Assembly (NCBI RefSeq): GCF_964355755.1 | Contig: NC_092678.1 | Location: forward strand, 140,422-204,421 | Origin: Antedon mediterranea | Lineage: Eukaryota > Animalia > Echinodermata | Direction of reading: 5' to 3' | Length of the DNA: 64,000 bases | Part shown: in pieces, positions 47,701 through 59,700 of the stretch | Layout: each line of letters starts with the position of its first letter | Position numbering within the stretch: position 1 is the stretch's first letter | Notes under the pieces: model-generated | Told to the model about the DNA's origin: nothing | The model's input: only the letters and a program-made list of their open reading frames with translations | Database searches by the model: none | Program-made: the position numbers and the translations under genes

Positions 47701-50700
47701 TAATGTATTAATACATAACAGATTTAGTACTGATTCAGAATATAATTCATTATTTTATGATTTTAAATAAATATACTTATTCAAATTTTATAAAGTGAGT
47801 GAGTGTAGAGATTGTTAGACGACAACCACTTACATTTGGTTCTCTCATCGGAATGACAGGTGTACTGGTTCTACGAGCCATGTTGCGTAGCTGTTCAGTG
47901 TGAATGGTCATTGAATGATAGCAGACGACAAAAATGGTAGCAGACGACAAAATGGTGAAGTGAATGGGAAGAAAATACAGATTAGTTAAAAAGCACTGTT
48001 AGATGCCTAACAACCCTAAGTAGTTGTACTTAGAAGCAAAGTACCAATTTTAGTGCAATAACTATCACATAAATAGATCAACAAACATTATGATTTGAGG
48101 GTGATATCTAGCATTGTTTTATCTATTAAGAATGTAGTACAGTAAGTACTAAATGTGACACCGGTATTTAGAAGTAATATCAGTTGAGGAGAGGGAAAGA
48201 AAGAAACATAATGGCAGAATAATAACATACAATAGACGTACGGATACATACGGCATTAAGGGCTATTAATGGTATATTCCAAGCATGCAATTATATTTAG
48301 AGCAAAAGCAGTTTATTTTACCTTTTTTAGTACAAAAACAAATTACATTCCACTAAACAATGCAAATTGGTATTTCATGCATTTAAAAATTGTAATTCAA
48401 ATAATTTTGATTATAAAACAATATTATAACTTATTGGCGAATTGCTTACAATTAGTTGATTAGTTCAGTGGTGGTGCCACTGGGGGAGGGGGGGCCAAGT
48501 TGAGACAGGGGAGAGCTAAGGCAGGGCTAAGGTCCTGTAGATTTTTTTAGGTCATAGACCAGTATGTTTGCACCCCTGACCCTTGATTAGTTCAGTGGTG
48601 GTGCCACTGGGGGAGGGGGGGGGGGCGCCAACCAACCAATGGATGCTAGGTTCACATGCATGACCCTTCGACCCACTGTTGGTCAAATCCTGGCTCCATC
48701 CCTGAACCACCTTGACGGCCCAACCAATGGATGCTAGGTTTACATGCATGACCCTTCGACCCACCGTTTGTCAAATCCTGGCTCCATCCCTTGACCCCCT
48801 TGATGGCCCCAGCCAATGGATGCTAGGTTCACGTGCATGACCCTTCGGCCCACCGTCGGTCAAATCCTGGCACCACCACTGGATTAGATCTGTTAATAAA
48901 TTATTTATTCTAATTTTGAGTTTAAAATATTAATAATCTTTACTATATGGTGTTTTGATGTGTCTTATAAATGTGTCTTCTTTAATAATAAAAATGTAAA
49001 ATAAAAGAAACTACCATGGAAACGGTAATAAGCATTAATTGAGAATTAAAATAAAGAATAATTTTATAGATAGAAGGTAGATTTAGGGCGTTTTGAAAAC
49101 TGAAAGACAAAAAAAAAACAACTGTGTTCAGTCTATTTGTACAAACGATTCCTAGATCAGAGACAATAATTGTTGTAAATTTTATTGCCAAAAGCTAAAA
49201 CAAGCAACATACCAAATAACAAAAACTTTTCTTTATTGCGCAATGAATAAATGGATACCAGGATCAATATGGGTTAGGGATTGAAACTATAGCTGTAGAA
49301 GAGCATAGTTTCTGATAGGTGTGAAAATCAAGGTGAGAAAAAAAAAAAAAAAAAAACATTTCTTTAATAATAATTTGATAGTGTAAAATAAAAAAAAGTG
49401 CCGCCATTGAACTGGTAATAAGCATTATAATAAAGAATAATTTTATAGATAGAAGGTAGATTTTGAAAACTGAAAGACAAAGAAAAACTTGTGTTCAATC
49501 AGATTCCTAGACTCGGAGACAATAATTGTTGTAGATTTTATTGCACAATGAATAGATGGATCAATATGTCACAACAACACTGAGACACAGAAGAGCTTCC
49601 GCGGACAGTAGCAACTATTTACAAGATTTTGTTGATATAAAGTTTGCAGTACATATATATATATATACATATATATACAGTACATATATATGGTACATAT
49701 ATATATATATATATATTTCTTTCATTCCTGTCCACCCAGGCAGCACTTGCCAGCTTTATACTATGACGTTATCCAAATTCCTTCACTTGCACTGATGAAG
49801 GGCTAGTGTTGCCCGAAAGCTCTGCTAACTTTTCTGGCTGTTTACTTTATCGTTTTGATTTAGCTTTTCGCTTTTTATTTTTGTATCTCCATTGAGATCC
49901 AGCCACTGATACCCACAGCATTGTCATTTTTTTCAGTAATTTGCCTTTGGATTTATATATATACATATATATGCAGTACATATATATATACAGTACATAT
50001 ATATGGTTCTAAATAGAACTGTTTCTCTTTTTGCAAGCTAATCTAATACAGTTTTTTATCTCAGCATAATGAAGAAAATGATTTTGAACTTTGAAAGAAA
50101 AATGGATGTTTGAAGACATTTTCTATTCTAGCCACTTTGTTGTTTAAAGCTCTGTCTACACTATCAAGTTTTTAAAAAGATGTGCTCAAATATGCTAGTG
50201 GTATACCCAAATATGGTAGTGATATGACATCATCACTTTGTTTTAAAGAGTATTCAAAGAAATGAAATTGAGATGGAAAAAAAAACTAAAAATAGAATAA
50301 TTTTTGCTACATGAGAAATTAATTTGATTCAAGTAATGAAAGACTGCACACTGTACCGCACACTGTACTGCATAACTCAAAAAAATTGTAAAGAGAATGT
50401 TTAACAAGTACCGTAGTTCTATTCTTCCTCGTCAGAGTCATGGACAGCCCATCAAATATTTCCTGATATACAAGTAGTTTTCAATTTATTTTTCAAGAAA
50501 AAGATTAAACTTCATCACTGGACAATAATTTCATTTTTTAAAACATAATTGGTATCAACAATTTCATTGAAAAAATTAAATTCTCATCCACAATAAATAA
50601 TTAAGCCTTTAACTAAAAGACTGTGTTTTTTTGGTGTTTAATTGTTTTCCTAAATTTGTCAATTTTTTCTAAAGCAGAAGATTAGAAACTTATAGAAACA

Positions 50701-53700
50701 ACCATAGCAACAATATCCACAGCAACGATTGTAAAAGCACTTAGAGACTACAAAAAGAGAAGTGTTGTCAGTTACAAATTAATTACATACACCAAAGAAT
50801 AGCAGTTATCATGCAATAGATATTAAACACATTGAAGCAGGATGGGTAAACATTCAATAACAATAAAGGATTATTAAAGGACAACAACAACAACTTAAGT
50901 AAAGACTTACCGCTTGAGTTTCAGGAGTATGGAACACACTTTTGGATTTATTACTACGATCTTCATTTTTTATACTAAATTTAACAGATAAATTAATGTT
51001 ATCATGTATAATAATGTTATCAGGTTTAGTAATTTATCTATTAATTTTATCAGTAAGATTCAATTTGTATTCTGTTTTGGTTGTATTAAATTGTATGCTC
51101 AATACATGTTTATCCTTTTAGAAGATAAAGTACCCAATACTCACCCTAGTCTGTTCAATGATTCTTTCCTCTCTGGTAGTGGACCTGGTGATGAAGTATC
51201 CTATGAAGTAAAAAAAACAATTAACATTATTTTATTCCTACTTATCCCATGGAGCTGGTGATGAAGTATCCTATGAAGTAAAAAAAACAATTAACATTAT
51301 TTTATTCCTACTAATCCCATGGAGCTGGTGATGAAGTATCATATGAAGTAAAAAAACAATTAATATTATTTTATTCCTACTAATCCCATGGAGCTGGTGA
51401 TGAAGTAAAAAAACAATTGAATTAACATATTTAACAACAATTAACATTATTTTATTCCTACTAATCCCATGGAGCTGGTGATGAAGTATCATATGAAGTA
51501 AAAAAAAAACAATTGAATTAACATATTTAACAACAATTAACATTATTTTATTCCTACTAATCCCATGGAGCTGGTGATGAAGTATCATATGAAGTAAAAA
51601 AACAATTGAATTAACATATTTAACAACAATTAACATTATTTTATTCCTACTAATCCCATGGAGCTGGTGATGAAGTATCCTATAAAGTAAAAAACAATTA
51701 TATTAACATATTTAACAACTTTATTGTTAACAACAATTTTATTCATTCTGAATTCTTAGTTCAAATCTTGTCAGATGGCAGGATTGTGTGAAATTTATGA
51801 GACAAAACACTGTGATGTGCCCATATATGGACATGATGATGTCATATCACTACCATATGTGGGCATATCACTACCATAATTGGGCACATCACACATATGC
51901 ATCTTGTGTGTGTCCAGTGTGAATAGATTATCATCTGTGTATCAGTAAATTGTGCCTAAATAACAAATTAAAAAAATAATTCTTACATGTTGAATTGAGC
52001 GTTTAAGTTCAAGTAATTGCCTTTTGAATTCATCATGTAGAGGGCGCAACGTATCGTCTATCAAACGACTATGAACGATAATACACTCGCTCAGTATTCT
52101 GAACTGAAATAAAAAAACGTTATTGAAATTATTAGATTTTTTATGTCGAGTTATCTTTGGATGGTTCAAATTGCCAAGATACAGTAGAAGAATATCAAGG
52201 CCTAACCCAAGATACAGTAATAACATATCAAGGCTAGGCTACATACTGCTAGGTTGTTTGTGTATTCAACAGCCTAACCCAACATACAGTAGTAACATAT
52301 CAAGGCTAGGCTACATACTTCTAGGTTGTTTGTGTATTCAACAGCCTAACCCAACATACAGTAGTAACATATCAAGGCTAGGCTACATACTTCTAGGTTG
52401 TTTGTGTATTCAACAGCCTAACCCAACATACAGTAGTAACATATCAAGGCTAGGCTACATACTGCTAGGTTGTTTGTGTATTCAACAGCCTAACCCAACA
52501 TACAGTAGTAACATATCAAGTCTAATAAACTTTGACCTCACCTGATCTTCAATCAAGTTTTTCAACTCTTGTATAATATCATCATCATCTGGATTTTCTT
52601 CTGCATAGCTCTCTGTTAGGAAAATCTAAATAAAATCATAAAATAAATGTAATAATATTCCTTCATTGTATTGTATTTAAAGCAAGCACATCAGCAGTAC
52701 ATTCTGTAACAAGGCCATATACATGGCTGACCCAGTCATGTGCGCAAATTTGAGGTAGAGTGTTTACTGCTTAACCAATTGACATAGTGAGCTATGATTT
52801 AATGGAGTTGCGTTTGCATGTGACTAAAAATTACTCACATCTCTATAAACTGTGATCCCTCCAGACACTTGAGCCTGTACCACCCCAGACAGCTTCATTG
52901 TTAGGGGTTCCACAACACCGTATGTCTTAGCGTTGTAGTTCAACAACTCAAGTTCAGCACTCGTTTTCTTCATAGTTTCCACAGCAATCTTAAGAGGACT
53001 TATTTTTTCCTGGAAGAAGCAAACATTTATCATGATTACTTTAATATCTATTTATTTATTTTTTCTGTGAGCCTTGGATTCTATTTTATTTTCAAAACCC
53101 TGTAGATTGAAGGAAAGAACACCATGTTTCTTGTAATGTTTGTGACCAGAGCCTTTTTGCCTTTTGAAAATAATAATAATAATAATAATAATGTTCAATT
53201 TAGTGCAGGCAGCCTCTAAGCGCTGAAAAATAAACAGAAAATGTAAACAAAATAAAGTAAAAATGTCAAGCAATAAAAAATACTGTATATTCTGTAGTAA
53301 TTCTGATGTTAACTATGTGTTACTTACCCCTTTGATAATTTGAGTAACCTCTGCCCACTTTAAGACACCAGGGAGCCTGAATGTAGTCTTGAGTGTGATA
53401 CGATCTAACCACATACTCTTCATTGGCATACTCTTATCTTCTACACCTTTCTGAAAAGGTCGGTCATAGAAGAATTCATTTACCTCATTCCCCTGATAGA
53501 ACAATGTTATTTCATGCGGAACATTGTGACCTTTGAACCTACTGTTCTCAGATGCCGTAACATTCACTTGCCGCACAGAAATATCTTTAATAAAATATGA
53601 AAATTAAGGAAACTACAACACACGTTATTTCAAGTCGTAAGAATTACTAATAAATTGTGATTGAAATAACATTTTTATTTCTTTATTATTTATTTCAAAA

Positions 53701-56700
53701 TATCAACAGTCGTTACCACTAATAGTGTAGCGAGTCTTTTTAAAAAGGTACAGCATTGTAAAGTAAGGAATGACTTTTTAGATTTCATTATCCCACGACC
53801 TAGGTGGTCGTAGGTGGATAGCAGATGAGATACAGTACTCATCATGATACGACTCTCAGGCATACACCATTTCTCCCAGCAATGCCTATCTCCTCTCTTG
53901 CTGACAAAAAGACTACAGAATAAGAAGAAATGAACGCCTATCTCCTCTCTTGCTGACAAAATGACTACAGAATAAGAAATGAACGCCTATCTCCTCTCTT
54001 GCTGACAAAAAGACTACAGAATAAGAAGAAATGAACGCCTATCTCCTCTCTTGCTGACAAAATGACTACAGAATAAGAAGAAATGAATGCCTATCTCCTC
54101 TCTTGCTGACAAAAAGACTACAGAATAAGAAGAAATGAACGCCTATCTCCTCTCTTGCTGACAAAAAGACTACAGAATAAGAAGAAATGAACGCCTATCT
54201 CCTCTCTTGCTGACAAAAAGACTACAGAATAAGAAGAAATAAACACAATGAAAGGATACATTGTGCTTGGCCATTCTTGATAGAATCATCTGCTTTGAAA
54301 GACAACGGCTGAGCATTTGGAAAATCCGCCTGTAAGCTTTGCAAAATATTGGCAACTTTGTCACAAGGATTTCCACGGAATATGAAGCACTTGTTCTGAA
54401 ATGATATATATTTCAAGTTACATTTACACAAAGGGTGCATATTTCTACTGTATATACTGCTTTACTGACAACCCTAACTGGTATAATTTATAAACACATT
54501 TTATTTATTTTTTATTTTATGTCCTTAGGCACATGTGGCCAAGGATTGCCAAGAGTAAATTAATCACTGTCCTATCAGATAGTGGTAGCCAATATTGTTG
54601 GCTCTGTAGGTATGGTAAACGGCGCCCCCTACCATTTGACACATTTGAATAGAGATAAAAAGAAACCTTACCCTTTTGATGGCTGGAAAGCTTTTACCAA
54701 AAAACTCAACCAAAAAATAAATTGGTGGCAACCGCTTAACATCGAGGATTTTAGTGAAGAAGTCTGCTTGTGTTTTCTGTTAAGGTAAAAACAAAAATGT
54801 GTACTATTGTTGTAAGGAATGGGGAACTATTTACAGAATTCCATTGTTATTAATGTATTAATGGGGGGTCAGCCTTAAAGTTCTTTGAACTTATTTGACC
54901 TCCATCCACACTCATGTTTCTTATTTGACCTCCATCCACACTCATGTTTCTTATCTGACCTCCATCCACACTCATGTTTCTTATCTGACCTCTATCCACA
55001 CTCATGTTTCTTATCTGACCTCCATCCACACTCATGTTTCTTATCTGACCTCCGTCCACACTCATGTTTCTTATCTGACCTCCATCCACACTCATGTTTC
55101 TTTTAATCTAATTTATAATTAATCTATGTTTTATTAGAATGTACAACTGTATTATTTGATGTGTGTGGAAAATTTAATAAAACAAACAAACAACTTAAAG
55201 TTGAATGATGGAATCTAATACATACCAGGATAGTGCTTAGCTTCTTGTAATTGTAAAGTTTATTCTCATATAAGTCAGCGAGTTCTTTACACAACGGGAT
55301 ACCACATTCCCAAACCTAAACAAAGCACAGTTTAGACAATTAGATAATGGTAATGCACTTGTACAGTGGATAATACAGTACTGTAATTTATCTCTATGCG
55401 CTTAAAAAGAAATGAGAGATAAAACAAACAAGAAATGAAATGAGTTGTTTATGTTGTTTAATGAATATCAACCTTCTCTTCCAGAAATGATACTATTGCG
55501 ATTAAAAACAAAAAGCATGTCCAAAGAAATGAAAGATAAAACAAACAAGAAACAAATGAGTTATTTATTTACCTGTCCTTTATCAAGGTGAACAAGAATC
55601 TTATTGTACAGAATTTCTTTTCGTTCTCTCTCCTTTTGCTGAGGAAATCTTCCGTAAGAATCTTCTGGGATCAGATTATCAGACCAATTGTAAGTCTTTG
55701 CGAGTTCCAGCAACGTGAACGCGGCTTCTGTGTGTTCATCTTTTCTGAGGTGTAGTTCATGAAGCCGGTAGATGTGCCTGGCCCACGTGTCTCGTTTACT
55801 TCGATCCTGGTACAGGAAATTCTACACAAACACAATCAATTGTGAAAATCAAGGTATTTATTTATTTATTCATCTTTTAGCAAATTTAGACCAAATCACT
55901 TGTATAGAATACAATTACACGACATCAAATTTGTAAAAAATACTGCAGTGTATAAGCATCGCATATATACTGCAGTGTATAAGCATCGCATATATACTGC
56001 AGTGTATAAGCATCGCATATATACTGCAGTGTATAAGCATCGCATATATACTGCAGTGTATAAGCATCGCATATATACTGCAGTGTATAAGCATCGCATA
56101 CATACTGCAGTGTATAAGCATCGCATACATACTGCAGTGTATAAGCATCGCATATATACTGCAGTGTATAAGCATCGCATATATACTGCAGTGTATAAGC
56201 ATCGCATATATACTGCAGTGTATAAGCATCGCATATATACTGCAGTGTATAAGCATCGCATATATACTGCAGTGTATAAGCATCGCATATATACTGCAGT
56301 GTATAAGCATCGCATACATACTGCAGTGTATAAGCATCGCATATATACTGCAGTGTATAAGCATCGCATATATACTGCAGTGTATAAGCATCGCATACAT
56401 ACTGCAGTGTATAAGCATCGCATACATACTGCAGTGTATAAGCATCGCATATATACTGCAGTGTATAAGCATCGCATATATACTGCAGTGTATAAGCATT
56501 GCATATATACTGCAGTGTATAAGCATCGCATATATACTGCAGTGTATAAGCATCGCATATATACTGCAGTGTATAAGCATCGCATACATACTGCAGTGTA
56601 TAAGCATCGCATATATACTGCAGTGTATAAGCATCGCATACATACTGCAGTGTATAAGCATCGCATACATACTGCAGTGTATAAGCATCGCATATATACT

Positions 56701-59700
56701 GCAGTGTATAAGCATCGCATATATACTGCAGTGTATAAGCATCGCATACATACTGCAGTGTATAAGCATCGCATATATACTGCAGTGTATAAGCATCGCA
56801 TATATACTGCAGTGTATAAGCATCGCATACATACTGCAGTGTATAAGCATCGCATACATACTGCAGTGTATAAGCATTGCATATATACTGCAGTGTATAA
56901 GCATTGCATATATACTGCAGTGTATAAGCATCGCATACATACTGCAGTGTATAAGCATTGCATATATACTGCAGTGTATAAGCATCGCATATATACTGCA
57001 GTGTATAAGCATCGCATATATACTGCAGTGTATAAGCATCGCATATATACTGCAGTGTATAAGCATCGCATACATACTGCAGTGTATAAGCATCGCATAC
57101 ATACTGCAGTGTATAAGCATTGCATATATACTGCAGTGTATAAGCATTGCATATATACTGCAGTGTATAAGCATCGCATACATACTGCAGTGTATAAGCA
57201 TTGCATATATACTGCAGTGTATAAGCATCGCATATATACTGCAGTGTATAAGCATCGCATATATACTGCAGTGTATAAGCATCGCATATATACTGCAGTG
57301 TATAAGCATCGCATATATACTGCAGTGTATAAGCATCGCATATATACTGCAGTGTATAAGCATCGCATATATACTGCAGTGTATAAGCATCGCATATATA
57401 CTTTTACTAATTTTACTCATTTGTACTTGAAAAGGTTCCAAAATGTCGATTTTTTTGGCATTAAATTTTATTTTAAAGTTACTTTTTACAAGTTAAATAA
57501 ATTAAAAAAGACTGTTTACCATCAGGTTGTAGATACAGCTAATCTTCATAAATCGTTTATCTTCATTGTTTATGGACACAACGTTTCGATAATCAATGAG
57601 TCGCTCCAGGAGCTGAGCTATTTTTCCAATCAGATGTACACCTTTCTCTTCCCAGTCCTTGCCTTTGCTCTGTTGCATCAAACTGGAATCAAAATAAAAT
57701 CATAGTTTATTAATAAAACATTTATTCTGATTTACAATTATACTGACACAGGAACAATATGATTTATCAATTGATGTGTTTATATCTTCTATCTAACTGT
57801 ACTGCTCTTTGTGGCATACTCTTATTAATTATGTAGAGTAATTTTAAGCCAAGACCTGCGATGTATGTTGCATTTGTTTGTTGAATTTTAAGACCTGCGA
57901 TGTATGTTGCATTTGTTTGTTGAATTTTATGAATAGAGAATGACTAATAGAGATTAAAATAGCACATATCCACTGATAATGAGAAGAGGAAATAAAAGAA
58001 AGCAACATAGTTCACTGGTTAGTATTTACTAACACATTACATATTTCTATTAATGTTGTTAGTATTTACTAACACAATACATATTTCTATTAATGTTGTT
58101 AGTATTTACTAACACATTACATATTTCTATTAATGTTGTTAGTATTTACTAACACATTACATATTTCTATTAATGTTGTTAGTATTTACTAACACATTAC
58201 ATATTTCTATTAATGTTGTTAGTATTTACTAACACATTACATATTTCTATTAATGTTGTTAGTATTTACTAACACATTACATATTTCTATTAATGTTGTT
58301 AGTATTTACTAACACATTACATATTTCTATTATGTTGTTGAATGTCAAAGCTTATATAAATGTTCTTATTCATACATTCTATTATGTTGTTGAATGTGAA
58401 AGCTTATATATAAATGTTCTTATTCATACAATTTGCCCAATATTTCCTTGTTTAATAAATCTTAAATTTAATATTTATTTATTTATTACCATCTTTACTG
58501 AGGGTAGCCTATCCAGTTCCAAATAGAACTGATCATTCAGGGCCCTTGATAAAACATACATATAGTACAACACATAAAATATTAAATATTCAAATGACAT
58601 AAAATATATTAAAGTCTTATAAATTTACAATGATTTTATAAAATTCATATAAAAGTTAAAATCGTTGACAGATAAAAAAAATATATATACATAGAACAAT
58701 ATTAACTGGAAATAAATTGTTTAAGTTCACGTTTAAAGGAAATAACATTTTCAGATAGAAATATATAACATAGTATTGATAAGCAACTCAGTACATTCAG
58801 CATTTTGTATATTTATTTTCCAGCAGCTCTCTGGCCATTTGCGCCAAATGAACAACTAAAATCCAACACAAATAAACACAACAATTCATCATTCATTATT
58901 AGAGAATACTATACTTACACAGATTCAAAGAGATCCCTGTAGTTGTTATCTCCCTTCCGCTCCTGAACAACAAACTGATCCAACTTATCGGACAAATCGT
59001 CTTCCAACTGAAAGGCCAAAGGTTAAATTCACTTTCATATAAAAAAACAATAAAAATTGACAAATTTAATACAATTATATTCCCTCATTTACTTCCTCTT
59101 AACTTCCCAATTCCAATTGACTTCCTCTTAACTTCCCAATTCCAATTGACTTCCTTTTGCCTTCCCAATTTAGTTTCCATTTCACTTTCCCAGTTTTGAT
59201 TGGTTTCCCTGTCAGATTCCCATCCTGCCTAATATCTGACAGGAAACAATTGTATATCATCATAGTATGCTAATGTAGCGAATCATTGTGATAAACTAGA
59301 TACAAATAAACAATCCCTGAGAGAGGTCTGGTTGAAAGGAAAGCAGGTCTGTATTATATCCCAACTGAATAATGGGTTATTAACCACTGATGTGACTCAT
59401 TGTGTTATCAAATAATTTAACTACATTAAATAGTCATTAATTAAAACTGACACAATTGTGATTCTAAGAATAAAAAATGAAACACCATTTCTAATCTATA
59501 TATGTGTACATGAATACAAATGTAATTAACCATTGGTTACACTTTTTATTTAGAGTTTTTACATACCTGTAAATTATCTGTAACTAATCAGATATTAATA
59601 AATATTGATATTCATTGATTGATATTTACCTGACTAAAGTTACCCTTAGATTGGAATTCACAATCCATGATGTCTGATATGATTGGTAGAACAGCTTTAC

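Noticed and set aside
49010-49560. ~170-bp imperfect duplication spaced ~400 bp apart as LTRs
   Set aside because: No TG..CA ends, PBS, PPT or TSD; ordinary local duplication.
55896-57705. Three long ORFs (499-601 aa) of repeated MRCLYTAVY / KHRIYTAVY / MLIHCSIYA
   Set aside because: Artefact of a stop-free 27-bp unit (multiple of 3) inside a DOCK intron; open on both strands, no unique domain.
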